64,000 nucleotides of DNA from Ramazzottius varieornatus (taxonomy: Eukaryota > Animalia > Tardigrada): the NCBI GenBank assembly GCA_001949185.1, contig BDGG01000002.1:7306448-7370447 (forward strand), read 5' to 3'. The stretch's first letter is position 1, and each line of letters starts with the position of its first letter. A program made the position numbers and the translations under genes. This document shows, in pieces, positions 47,101-60,331 of this stretch. The notes under the pieces were generated by a model that saw nothing but the letters and a program-made list of their open reading frames with translations, did not search any database and was not told the DNA's origin.

Positions 47101-50100
47101 AGGATGCCGTTAGGATCGCTAGCAGTTGAGCTGAGGCGAGTTCCTTCACCGAAGCGCTTTGAGAAGGACTGCTGGATGAATAAGGCTGCTTTGTTCGTTA
47201 GCTGGGAACTTTCGATAGCGAGGTGGGAGCGCAGATATTTGATCATCTCGACGTTGTTCTTCGCAATAGCCAAATCCAGAGCCGTGAAATATTGCATCTG
47301 TTGAAAAGACAATAAGTGTAGTGAATAACCCGTAACCGAAACGAACCACAGAAAAAAGTTGTCCATTATAATCCGCGGCATCTGGAAAATCAGTGTTCAT
47401 AATATACTGTAGAGCTGCCGACAAAATTAGTTTTCGGGACATCCCGAAACTCCCGGTGCATTTGCTTACCTTTGAATTTTGCATGACGAGGTTCACGTTG
47501 GCCTTCGATTCGACCAGGAACTGACACAGGGCGAAATCCTTTTGCATTGCAGCGAGATGCAAGCACGACCTCCCGTTGTGGTTGACGGCGTTGATGTAAT
47601 CAGGACGTTTTGACAGCATGCATTCTACCACACCTGCATGAGAAAAACTTTCTCATTTCATCGATCGATACTGCAAAAACTGCGGAAACACTCTGACTGC
47701 CACCCATCCATGTTTCTTACCGATATATCCAGCTTGCGCCGCTTCATGGAGGGGCAGGTCTCCGCGGTAGTTCATCAGCCAAATGTCGCCGCCCAGTTCC
47801 TCAATCTCCATGATACTTTCTGTCTGCCCCTTCGAGGCCGCCAGATGCGCCGCACTACGGTGTAAAGCAATGATGTTAAGGGCATTCCAAGTGCGACAAA
47901 GTAACCTGCAGGAAACCGTTTGTCCTACGATTTGAGTCTTCTACGCCTAGTGTTAGTCACGGAAGGCAGATTTCTAGGTTATACCTGACCATATGTATCA
48001 AGATACATACCCTGAGTGCGCGCGGCGACTCCTTCGAGCACCAGCCGCCAAATACTGCCCAAATTTTGAAATTCGTTCAATAATTTACAAATACTGTTTT
48101 GTCGGTATTTTTAACACGAATAATTAGAGTCTTTAGCACCCGAAATCCATTCCCATTTCGAAAGTGAATCTGAAATTTTTTCCCTTGAAATATCAACGAA
48201 CTGTTCTTAAACTACGTTTTTCTTCATAATTTCACAGAAAATTTCAGATATATCTGGATCATCTGGAATCTTCTGTTTCATTGAGCAAGTCCGATTTAAA
48301 GCATCGAAGACACTTTTCTGCGTTATAAACGCTGACAAAATGTCTTTCCTTGCTTATCTGGCCAATTTTGAAACTTGCTGCGGAGATTTGCGGCTAGCAA
48401 TCAAAGTAACTGCCGCGCGCAATCATAAACCTATCGACAGGTGGACAACACTTCCGCCGATTTAGCTTCCGTGCTGAGTATCGGAAGGCAAATCTCCAAA
48501 ACATAGGAAGATGTTTTCCCCGAGGTGCTAAATTTCACTAGGGATGTTTTTAGTGGACACATGACGCAAAAAAAGGCACCGATTATCGGAAATCAGCACT
48601 GAGAGCATTCTGAATGACAATTTCCCACATGACATGGAATTCGAAGTAATTAACCGATAGCACGTGCAAATTCACGTATAATTATTGGCGAATGTTCAGT
48701 GAGTAGTATATCGACAGTGTGGATCGTAAGTGTCCTACCTGCGGCCTTTCCGGTCTTGATGATCCTTACTGGCTCCACGCCCGCCCAGATAGCGAATACA
48801 ATCGATGAACCCCAGGGTGGCACTATACATCAGTGGGGTGCAATCATGCCTATCCTTGACGTCAACGTCAGTCCCACAGTCCTCAACCAGAACCTTGACA
48901 CAGTCCACATGTCCCCTGCTCGCCGCGCCTGCAATCGAAACCCAATTACCATCGAAAACTTTTCGCCAGTTATCACAGCACAAAGAGCTCTTACAGTGCA
49001 AGGCTGTCAAGCCATCTTTGTCTCCTGTTGTTACATCAGCGCCTGCTTTCACGAGAAGAAGGCACGCATCGGACGCCCCTGGAACCGAATGAGCTAAATT
49101 ACAGCGAATCCACGTTATGATCTAAGTCAGATACCTGAACTGGCAGCCCACAGCAGTGGCTGACGTCGATCGGCATCCAAAGGGCTCACTTCCACTCCGT
49201 ACTCGAGTAAAAGTTCCAGGAATCTCAAGCTATTGTTGCGAGCTGCGGAACAGATCGAAGTCGCCGGTGCATCGGGTCCAGTCTCTTTCTGAACAAAGGG
49301 AGGAGATACTGTGACGTGGGCGGAAGAATGCGCACCGGAAGTGTCCAAAGGATGGGCGGTTATTTGAGCGGCGTAGTGGAGAGGATAAGCACCATGGATG
49401 TCAGCGGAAGAAGCCTCGGCCTCCTGCTGTAACAGCAGCTCCAAACAATCGTAATGCCCGCAAACTGCAAAATAACCCGTAGAAAAACACCCCAACCGAA
49501 CTGGCGCTAAATTCTCCTAAACTAGGAGAGTAGCGTGTTTGAATTAAAAGAAAATCTTGGACACGAATTTAAGCGAAATACCACGAACCGTTTCGCATGT
49601 TTTTGAAAGTAACTTTTGGCGCCAAAGTGTGAGGAACTTTTGTGAGATGCTTGCATCCGAATACTATTTTATAACTGATTTTTGGAATTTCCCACTTCTT
49701 TAGACTTGCGTACCAACTGCCCAGTGGACCGGTGTGTGTAGTTCTTTGTCCTGCAGACTGACTTGGGCGCCATTATCTATCAACAACCTCAGCATAGGTG
49801 AGTTCCCATTGATGGTGGCGATGAACAGCGCGGTGAAGCCTTCATTGTCCGCTATATCCAAAAGTGCTTTCTTTCTTGGCACTTCGATCGCTTCCAAAAT
49901 CGCTGTGGCGCAATCCATTCGTGAGTACTCTGCGCAATAGTGCAGAGCACTTCGCCCATTCCGATCCACAATCAGCACTGGATCAACGGACGAGTTTGGT
50001 TTCTAAAAATCCATGTTTTTCATTATATTGAAAAAGGAACAATATTGTTGTAACTCGATACGTACACTATGCTTCGAGTTGAAACACCTTACCTCGTTCG

Positions 50101-50191
50101 CCAGGACCTCCTGGACCTGGTGTAGACTACCTTGCTGACAGGCTACCATCAGCAGACTGACGTGATTGCCAGTGGGCACCGAAGACGCCAT
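44120..50191 (-). CDS. Ankyrin-repeat protein (inversin-like N-terminus, IQ-like motif, long disordered C-terminus)
   Basis: Repeated ankyrin motifs: DRNGRSALHYCA, DNEGFTALFIA, DIHGAYPLHYAA, DKDGLTALHC, DRHDCTPLMYSA, NHNGRSCLHLAA, TALDLA. IQ-like KAALFIQQSFSKRF. Ser/Pro-rich tail to the stop at 44120. Confidence 0.85.
48012..48427. mobile_element. Degenerate ~415-bp MITE-like insertion in an ankyrin-gene intron
   Basis: TGAGTGCGCGCGGC..AGCCGCCAAAT..TTTTGAAATT at the left is an imperfect ~65-bp inverted match to AATTTTGAAA..ATTTGCGGCT..GCCGCGCGCAATCA at the right. The interior is AT-rich and the host intron is unusually long. Confidence 0.5.
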
Positions 50192-51728
50192 CCTGGAACT
50201 CAAAACTGTCTTCGCGATTCATCCATCACTTGAGAGAAAATTTGTCTGTGTTGTTTTTTTCGACCGAAAAGATTTACGTCTGTCCAAGATCAATATGATA
50301 GAACCAGACTTCACATAGTCAACAACGGGTTCCCTTGGATCGGCAGCAGCAGGTTTTCCATTGATAGTGTTGCCGTCTCGAAACCTTCGAAATCGATATT
50401 CGGCATGCATAGGGAAAAGATAACAGGTGAAGCAGTCGGATACAATAAACTTTTGTAGAGGTATTCCGCTTCCTCGAAAACATCGCCCGCAGACCTGCAA
50501 CTGGATTAGCGATGTGTGTAGCTGATGATGCACTGGGGTGCATTACGTCTCACGCATGAGAGATCAATCTGAACAGGAAAAAAGAGAAGGCGGAGATATA
50601 AGTATAAAAGTTGTAATTGAGGGGAGCACCAGAATCTTCCCAATTATCCCACGCTATTAGATGCCGTTGAATAGTTGCACCCGGATCACTTCGACGGTCG
50701 ACTCTGCGGAAAGCATGACGATGGTAATTTGAACCCAGCCCAGAAGCTCGATCAATGATCGTGGTGCTCTGAACAAAGCCGCGAAAAGCAACGCGGCAAA
50801 AATTCCGACGATAGAAGAAAAAGAAGAGGTGAAGCCCTGAAGGGAAGCAGTGCTCTAAATAACCGTATGCAGAGAGGACATATTGTCGAGAGCGCTTCCA
50901 TATATATTCCATATATAGCCTGTTTGAAGTCAGAGCGTTCTTCCAGCCGGGTCGTCCGTTTTCGGAGGGACTATACTATCTATAGGGAAAATGCTATCCT
51001 GAGCCGTGAGTATGGCGAATCTCAGCCAACGCAAGAAGGACTGCTCTAATGCAGGTAAGGATAGTTAGAGCCCGTTTTGCAGGAGAACCAGCTCGGGGAA
51101 CGTACACTACATTGCGCAGAAGGCCTTTCTCTTCCTCGGCTAGAATTGATTTTTCCTGAAAGGTGAAGGTGTCACATAGAGAACGTGAATGCAGGTCGCG
51201 AACGAGTAAATACTCTGTGTTACATTACTGCATAATGGCAAAGCTTTTACGCGCACGACAAAGTCGATATTATCTGGCAAAATAAGCGGTTCGGATCTCG
51301 AGTTTTATCATGCAGGAAACGGATCAAAACGCCTTTTCCTACGTCACAAGTATGCACCTGCCGCAGCAGACTTCCTGTCGTTGGCCGCTTTCATCAAATC
51401 AAAATAATGCACGCAGAGAATCCTGATACGGAGCGTCGCAATTACACTTAGATCGTTCTGTCAAAAAAAAGCTCGGTAGTACTCGCCAAGAGCGTGCGCC
51501 ACCGGGGAAAACAATCTGGCTGGATATGTATTTGACGAAGACCCCAAGTCCCATATAAACCACACGAAGAGTTTCTAGACACAAATTTTATACAGCAACA
51601 TCGATCTTACTGTTCGATGTCCAAAATATTTGCGGAAAAAAAAGTCTACAGACTTGGCCATGCAGACAACTCATTATCCACGCACAACATTAATAATGTA
51701 AAGAAGATTGATCGATCAGCCCGGACAG

Positions 51729-53413
51729 TTATCCCTCGAGCCCGTCATTATCCAGAAGAGTTCGTACAGCGTCAACAGTGTCTTTCACCTGTCTGGCTAA
51801 GCTATCAAAATGTATAGCCAGCGCTTCCTGAATAGCTTCAGCTAGTTGCACCGGCACTTCCCTGACATAAGCCGGAAGCCTCGTTTGCATGTTCTTTGCA
51901 ATCTGGAAAGGGATCTGTTTCATACCTTCGCTGGCGACCGTCACCAAGATATACAGATGCCTAAAAAGCCTGAACGGTACACTCCTCAAGGCCTCAGTCA
52001 AGGGGTTGTAGGCTGAATGAGTCAAGGCTTTACTCTTATTCCCAAAGTCCCTATCCTTTCCCAAATTCAGGTCTTTCGCCAAAGTGAAACTCTCCGGCGC
52101 CTCAACGGTGCTGTCACCTGTTGCAGCTCCATAGCCAGTCTGTTGTGCCGACGTGACTGTGGTGATAGGTCTTGGAATGAAGATCGGATCTTGGTTCGGC
52201 GTACCTGTAACCACATTCGTCTGTAAGTCACCCGTTTATTCGCGAGGTAAACAAACAAAACGTTCAAGATCGTGCTCTTGGGTGGCGCGCGTTTTCACTT
52301 ATTTTTGGCTGGAAGCGTGCGCCACCTAGTAATAATGGTCCGGCACGTTTCTCTTGCCCGCCACGCCTTTATTTGTTTTATCATTCTTATTAGGTTAATC
52401 ATCTTTCTTGCTCTGGTTTTCTATCCTTTCCCATATTTTGTCTTACCGATCGTTTGGACCGATGACGAGCCGTATCCTTGCCGAGGATCAGCACTACCTC
52501 TCAGGACTGGAACCGGTGGCGCCCATGGCAGTGGAGACCACGGTTGCTGTTGATAACTAGGTTGCTGGGCTGGTAGAGTATCGACACCGCGGTTTCCGTA
52601 TCCGCTCTGAGCAGCAGGTGGGGAGAACGGAGGGAGCGGTCTGTCGCGAGGACCGTAACCACCGGTCGGTCCAACGACAGCGGGAGGGTAAGCTATGACG
52701 TTAGGAGATGGAGTCTGAAAGATTCGCAGCGGCGGACGATCGGTCGCTGTGGTAGGACAATCGGCCAAGTTGCATGGACAAGTTCCTGGGCAAGCGATGG
52801 CCAGAGCTGTAAGAGAATATAACAATTAAGCCTTCGGAACTACGTTAAGTTTGTATTGAAATTTTGTGTGAAAAACTTACATGAATCTTGAACTTGGTCG
52901 CACATGAACATATTCTCGTTATTGTAAGTGACCGCATTGGTTCCGCAGAACTCCAGGCCTGTCGAGGGTGTTGTGAGCTCCCTTACAGCGGAGGCGCTAC
53001 AGTCCACTCCCAGACCAATTAGCGACTCATCGCAAGGGCAACTTCCAACGCATCTAATACCCAGGTCTAAAAGAGAAACAGAATGAATTATCAAAGCGAA
53101 GTTTATACAAAGGGTGAAGCAATACAGGAGAAGAGGCTCGCGACCCACCCGCTCGCAGTCCTTGCTTCAGCCGGAAGTCGCACGCGCTGCTGTAAGTATT
53201 TCCATCGTTGGCGCAGATGGCGCCTGTGTTGTTATCTTCCGGATTACAAGCACAACTGGACGCTGGGTTATCGTTCGAAGGGGCGGGAGTCGCTGTTCCA
53301 CTTCCGCCTTCAGTGCCACCGCCACCTCCTTCGTTCTCTTGACAATGGGTGGGTACACCAATCAACAAGGCAACCAGAAGGAAAAGTCTTCCGCGAAGCA
53401 GAAACCGTGCCAT
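51729..53413 (-). CDS. Secreted protein with two atypical Kazal-like domains, a Pro/Gly/Tyr-rich linker and a helical C-terminus
   Basis: Signal MARFLLRGRLFLLVALLIGVPTHC; CAC..AICANDGNTYSSACDF..|LGIRCVGSCPC; EFCGTNAVTYNNENMFMC..|LAIACPGTCPC. The final exon is joined through the acceptor near 52205 (IG-TPNQDP). Confidence 0.78.
52267..52340. repeat. Palindromic element family A, copy in a Kazal-gene intron
   Basis: AGATCGTGCTCTTGGGTGGCGCGCG-N24-CGTGCGCCACCTAG. Confidence 0.75.
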
Positions 53414-54000
53414 CCCTTTCACACAGTGCAAAATCCACATCATCAATGAGTCAACGACAGATGAAGAACCCAAAGAGTACGGGCGGTTGAAAGCCAAGAT
53501 GCATCAACCGGGAAGTTCAACGTAGCGAACCTTAGTCGTCAAGAAAGACATTTTGCCTAAACCAGATCTGGATGAGGTGTGTACGACCGTTGATTAACCT
53601 TACAGTGAAATGGCAACGACTGTTATATGGTGCATGTAACCTAAGCATTGTTTAGAACAGCGTGCTGTTCAAAAAACGCCATTCGACGACGACCAGGTAA
53701 TTCAAAAGGTAAATGTTACCGGCAACGTTTGATATGTAAACCGGTATGGTAATACGGCGATACGGACAATCGGATGAGCCATCCTTACCGAGGAAGGATT
53801 TTCACGCCTCGCTCGGATCATACTGCATCTCGGTCACGAGCCAAAAATAAATGCACGGCATCCCGAAGTGTTCAACGAACAGCTAAGCAGAATTAAAAGT
53901 TATAGATCCCAGCTTTCAATACTCCGGCCTCACCACGGACTGCTTATAAACAAGAGTGCGCGAATCATATCAGTGTGAGGTACCCACGTCGAAGATTTAA

Positions 54001-54529
54001 CACCCTGACTACCACCGTACTCACTGTGAGTACAATACGGCACTTTTTCGCTCCCCATAATTTCCATTTTGCCCGGTTTGAATCAAACTTTTTTTCCTTG
54101 CCTGGTCTGCGGTATTATCACCAAAACGCAGCTGATGACCACTGGTCAGTACAACTTCCGCAGGCTGGAAAAGATCCTTGCGATTTCGGGCAGTTTCAGG
54201 GGTATATTAGGTTTCCTGTCTCTGCTCGAGATATATACCTACCATCTGTTTAGAAAAAAAATTTGAACACTAAGGAGAGCTTCCTCTACCGATACTAGGC
54301 TTGGGACAAACTTGGTGTCATCGGTGCGTCCAGAAAAAAATCAAAACGGTCGGGTCTACTTTTCCCACATTGGCCTTTACGGCCTGCCAATCTCCACAAT
54401 TTCGAAATTCTGAAAGGTTGTCTATTGGTTAATTTGGGTTACGCCTTCCCCTTTCTTCCAGTTAAAGTTTTGTGCTCACACTGAGTACGCTGGTAATCTG
54501 CCGACACAAAAAGCTTGGTATTCAGGGTG
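54001..54529. mobile_element. 529-bp non-autonomous piggyBac-type element (MITE), copy 2
   Basis: TTAA at 53997-54000 and 54530-54533. Same TIRs and orientation as 11483-12011, with about 6 substitutions counted by eye. Confidence 0.92.
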
Positions 54530-56495
54530 TTAAAAACACAATGATGGTTTCCGCCATGGTCTTATGGACCCTTGGCAGCTGTTTCTTGACAACCTCTTAA
54601 CAAATTAGTCTCGTGTCACGGAGGGAAGTTACCCTCATGACAAACAGGGAAGTTGTTCGCCTTCAGTCGCCTCCCGTTGGACCAGAAATTCATTCCGGTC
54701 CGTTGGACCAAGAGTAGATCTTGGTCGGACTGCCCAACTGGAACTTATGCAAATTGTGCACCGTTCGCGCAGCCAAGACGGCAAAGGATCGATAAAATTA
54801 ACGACATTCATTTCAAGTTCCTCCTTGCATTAGCCATACCCCGTAAAATAGAACACGCCTGGGCCATAGGGCAACCTCGAGTATTCGTGCTAGGACCTGT
54901 TCGGCGGAACAAGCCATCGATCTGTCCAAACACACAAGACACTCATCGCTAAAATCGATAAACTTCCAATGTAGTAAATGTACCATCCTCCCTGTTGTCC
55001 TTGCGCATACAGTACAACCCCAACTCCTTCCACCAGAAACTCTTTGCAAACCACACCTCACGCGATATTCTAGTTGCATAGCGTGTTTCCTTGCAGCACC
55101 GTTAGTACGTTTGCCATTAGTGCAAACTCATTTGCGAGAGAACCTCGCCGTTCCTTGCGTTACATGCAAAGCGGGAAGGAGAGCCGGGGAAGAGGAGGCA
55201 GAAGGAATGCGTCACCTCCCAACGCTCTCCGTTCGTCCTATTGGCTCATACCCGCATCCCATAAGCTCATCTGGATCAGGAGCTCCAGTACTATCATCAG
55301 GCTGCGAAGGCGTATTTTTAGCTACCAAACAAAGCTTGGAGGGAGTGTGAGATTGTATTAGGTCTGCCGTATGCCCGGTGGTATCATTCCACAGTTGTCG
55401 TTCTTCTCACTCTCCCTCTTCAAGATGTCTGCCATTTATCCGTTTCAGATTTCATAAGACGTTGACATTTTCAGCTAAGCGTTTCTATCTGCTCTTTTGT
55501 GAATAACATCTTCCTTCTCATAATTCCGCCTATTCACTATCTCACTGGTGCAGTTATCCAGATGGTACTCTGACGTCAGCGGAAGTGCGCTTGGAACTTG
55601 GACCTTTGACGCACTTTCTTTGTTGACCTTGTTGTGGAACCTTGAATGTTGACAAACAGAGGGTGAGTACCTGAAATGTTTGTTCTCAATCGAGGAAGTT
55701 GTTATCTTATCGGCCAACTGACAGTTCTACCGCGCGGGCTGCTTGTCCGAAAAAAAACACGTCCAGAATGTTGCCTGATGTTGTCTGAATTTTCGAGCTA
55801 CTGTAGAGGAGCCAGCCGCTAACGTGCTTTGTGATATATTTCACGTGGTTACGTACTTTACCGAGGAAAACGGGTTCTTCACAATTGCTTCACCAGTCGG
55901 CTACTTCCCCAGAAAAACCGCACGTTATTTTCCCTATTGAATAGAACTGTAAATAACCAGATTGTTGGAATCATATTGAAGTCCGTTTTACAAGAGAAAA
56001 GTTTTGACAGCAAGCAGGACGACTGGAGCTGAGAGCGTGTTACTGTACATAGGCGGCAATTTTTTCCTATGCACGGAACTTCATAAAACCCGATGTGCTC
56101 ACTGCAAGCTCGATGGCTGTTTGTTCGACCTCAATTAACAGATGGCATTTTCAAAATGCCGATCTGTCCTAAGTTGACTGATGGAACGCCAAGAGTTCCT
56201 GACGATCTCTTCCCTTTGCTGCTTGCTCTCATGGAAATTTTGTCTGGTCAGATTAAATTCATCGTTCCTCCCTGCTCCCCTCGGAGTAAATACGTGTCCA
56301 GTTTCCCTCTGCCTGAATTTACCAGGCGGAAATACGATCGAGCCATCCTTACCCTACTCATGCATACAGATAAATGATCGCCAGATGATAGAATCAAAAG
56401 CAAAACAGTCTACAGCCCACACAAAACTCAATACTGCCTTCAACGCTTCATTTTCCAGATCGTGACAGGCGCGTCAAGCGGCGACCTCCTCACTG

Positions 56496-59400
56496 ATGGG
56501 CAAATTCATGGCAGCAGCCTCACCAATAGGCGTCGATATGCTGGAATGTAATCGGCCATGGAACGCGCCAGCTTCCGACGACATTCCATCTCGGAGTACG
56601 GACGGGGAACTCATGGCCGATTCGGCTTCTGATTTGCGGCTATGTTTAGGTCTCAACACCACAGCGACTGCTGCTGTGCCATCATCGGCGCACTCGCTCC
56701 TCTCAACTCCCCTCTTTCCTGATCTTGCATACGGATTTTCTTTGCCACAAAACTTTTCCCTGTCATGTACGGCTGAACAGCTCGATAACTATTATCGAAC
56801 AAGCGCGGATGTTGATTGCTCTGATAGCCTCGGAGGTCATTTCAGCAGCCCAGACTTTGCGCTCACTTCCTCCTCTTCCTACAGAAATACTGTGAGTCCA
56901 AAGTGCCTTCGTCTCCATTTGCATTTGTTCTAGCTGTTTACTCGAACACGCATCAAAGCTCGTTCCTTTTATCGTTTGCACAAGTACTCTCGCCGGAATC
57001 AGCGCTAAGTTTGCTTTACTTCTCCCTGCAGGACAATCGTCCGAACAAAAACCTCCTCACCATCAGTCTTCCTCCTCAACCGACTCAAAAAAACGAGAAA
57101 ATGGACGTGGAGACTTTCATGCATCATTCACAGGTAAATTTCTTGCCGGTGTTTCCAGTGAGCTGAAAAATTCTGAAGAGCTCCACCCTCCATATCAAAT
57201 TTTAATATATTTGTTCACTGACGAAGAACCCTGAGTTATCAGTTTCCGAGGCTCACGCACAACGTTTCAGTTTTCGAAAAACCTTCGGACAATGTTTGAT
57301 CCACGCTGAATGGAGAAATTCACATAATATACGGTTTCCGTAAAAATGGGTGCCCGTAAAATGCGAACTCGATCAGATCGCTTCTCTAGTGGCGCACGTT
57401 TCCAGTGTTATTGGCTGATAGCATACGCCACTTGAAAAAAACTATCTGGTCGACTGTGTGCCCGGAGCTCCAAAATGGATCAGAAATATCTAACCTTGCG
57501 CAAAACTTCAAACCGTTTCTGAATAATTTGACGGAGGAATGGTTTTCACATCTTGTGACCAGATGTAACTCAATCCATGAGTCTATTTTTATTTCCCCAT
57601 TGCTTGCAGTACCATCATCGTGACTGGAATAAGCTGACTAACGTCTCGTCGGAAACAAACGGCGATATCGATCTGAGCGACATCAGTCTGCGCTTTTCGC
57701 CCATCAAGTCACTGCCCAGCGACAGTTTTCCCGTTTACACGTCCTCTGTGGAAGGCGACAGTTCGCTTTCCAGCTCAACGGAAGAGCTGAAAAGGATAAC
57801 TCATCAACAAGGAAAGATCGGTGGTGCCCCCACCCGTCACAACTACTACACCCTCTTCCAAGATGCCGAAACTTCCTTCTCCGCTTCAACGCACAAACGA
57901 GCTCTCTCCGACAGCGGGACTGCTTCCATTACGACTCGAACAACGCAAGCCTTCACTCGACAAGTGAGCCAAGAAAGCCCTAGCGGCAACAAAATGAAAT
58001 GCTGGACGGATGTCGAGGACTACGACGGAGAAGAACAGGAAAAGGACACGGTGGCTTCCTTGAACTCTAAAGACGACAAGCCTCGTTCTTCCTCAATGCC
58101 CAAATTCCCGTCGAATCAAGCCGAGCAAAATAACTCAGGCAATGTCACTTCCGGATACTCGAGCGCAACCAGCGCTACTGATTATCGACCCCAGCTACTC
58201 AAGCCTACTCATCGCGTCAAACAAAGCCCTTCTCTCCCTTTGAACATTGAAAAACAAACTGCATTACCTACGCCTGTCATCACAGGAACTTCCGCCAGCC
58301 GACCGACAGTCTTCATCCCGAGGGATCGATATTCAGCTCCCGATTTGAAGTTCCTCGCTCAACCGCAGCCTCCGCCTGTAAAACAACCTACGCCCGTTCG
58401 ACAACAACGTTCGTCATTATCATGCCCAGACAACCTTAACAAGGCTACTGCGCCTATCCGCATCAACAACGTGGAAGACTGGGAGTCGTTACAGATACTC
58501 TTACCTAAAGCCTTCCGGAATGTCCTGGCCAAGTCCGAAAAACAAGCTCAAAGAAAGAATACTACGAGAAGAGCTCACTCGCTACAGTGCATTCCTTCCT
58601 TACCGACTTCCATGTTGGAAGAAGAGAATGTATGTCCTACGTGTTACAAACTTCAACGTGGCTTCTCTGCTCGAGATGCGCCAGCCAACATGATTACCTC
58701 TTCGTGTGACTGCTCCACACCGTCTTCCTCAATTAGCTCGGAAAACCAGAACAGCTCTCAGATGACCGGCGATGTTAACTTCCGTACGAAAAGTCCTCCA
58801 GCAATTCCTGTTCGAACCGTCTTTCCTTCAGTGTCTTCCACTTATGCTTGCAAAGACCCTTCGCATTCACCGCGTCTCCCTTTCTCCCCTTCGGCAAACC
58901 TGATGGAGTTTTCACGTCAACCCGCGCAACTTGTCATCAACCTGAGCCAAAAGCAAGGTCTGTGCGAATCATATTAGTTATCATTCCATATAAACTTTCC
59001 TACCAAGCTTAAGCTTATAGTTAGCTTACCTTCAAAGATGACTTCGGTTTCAGAGCTGGTTACGCTGGTCAAAGCAGCGGCGATGGGCCTTGTCGGTTAC
59101 CGTCAGATCCGTCGAGAGCATCTGGATAACTTGTCTAACGTTATCGAGGAACACTTCACCACTGCTCTGCACAACCTTCTGGAAGACGGGCTGAAGGAAG
59201 GATACACGGTGTGGTCCATGGTGAAACGTTGCAGTCCGACGTTGTATCGACAGCACCTATGTTCCATGATCGACTCCAACAGCCAACTGGTCACTGACCA
59301 CGGTCGCTTCCATGCCTTCATCAAGGAGCTCATGAGGTACGTCTAATCGTCATTTACAACCATATACATTCAAAAACGATAAAACATGACATTAGTCTCT

Positions 59401-60038
59401 GAGATATGGTTTTTCATTTTAGGCTTGGTGATTTGAACGCCTGGATGTTACAACTTACGCATGGCCGCAACGATACTTCGACACTCCGACATTTTTACTC
59501 GATGAACGGCTTTTTATTCCTGGCGAATTCCGTGACGAAAGATCTGTGGGACGACCTGATGGATACCTTGGTCTGCTTGTCAGACATGTCCAGTCGGAGT
59601 GTGTCGGAGTCCATGAGCCAGAGTCAGAGCCAGCCTGCTCACAGTCCGCGATACCAGCAGACGCCACTCCGATCTCCCAACGAACAGCACGCGTCCTCCA
59701 ACTCCGTCAAACGGCTGGTATCGAAGCTTGGACGACAGATCTCTTTGCTACCTAGTCAACCTACCAGGGAAATGGTCAGCAAGAAGCAAAGCACATCGGA
59801 ACCACCATCTCAACAACAGAAAATGAGCGTGGAACAGCTGTTGAACTTCCAGCCGCATTTGCACATGTCCAGTAGGTGGAGCGAGTGGACGCTGGGTGGC
59901 GCCACTGGGCACGAAGCCTTTGTGGGTCGCCAACTGACGCCCAAAACGATCAACGTTTCTGACAGACAGATCTCTTCCACTGGATCGAAATCCAGAAAAT
60001 CTCCCAGTATGATCAATATTCGTTCTCTGCTTTCGTGA
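56496..60038 (+). CDS. RUN-domain protein (RUSC/iporin-like) with a long Ser/Pro-rich N-terminus
   Basis: TALHNLLEDGLKE..VWSMVK..QLVTDHGRFHAFIKELM|RLGDLNAWM..RHFYSMNGFLFLA..LWDDLMDTLVCL are RUN domain blocks. The 5' exons and the start are uncertain. Confidence 0.75.
57375..57447. repeat. Palindromic element family A, copy in a RUN-gene intron
   Basis: AGATCGCTTCTCTAGTGGCGCACG-N23-CATACGCCACTTGAAAAAAACTATCT. Confidence 0.75.
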
Positions 60039-60331
60039 AATTTTCTATGTACATAGTCTTCCGTTACTCACTCTCGTCTGTGGCAGTATATGTGACGAAG
60101 CTTCAGTTTGTTTCCCGCAGTGAGCTGATTTTTTATTTCTTGTCTGGTTATTCGAAAACTGGCTTTCTGGTTCAAGTCGTTTACTTTGACACCCAGTCCA
60201 AACTTTTAATGTGAAACTTTAGACATATAGTCCACTTCGAGTCACATCTCAAACTTCAACTGCATACTACAATTCGACACGGATTTCCACAGTCCAATGT
60301 AAGAAAGTCTCACCGAAGATCGCAGCAGTTA

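Noticed and set aside
54540-56480. Several 80-100-aa ORFs upstream of the RUN-domain gene
   Set aside because: No recognisable motifs or consistent splice chain; likely promoter, 5' UTR and intron sequence.
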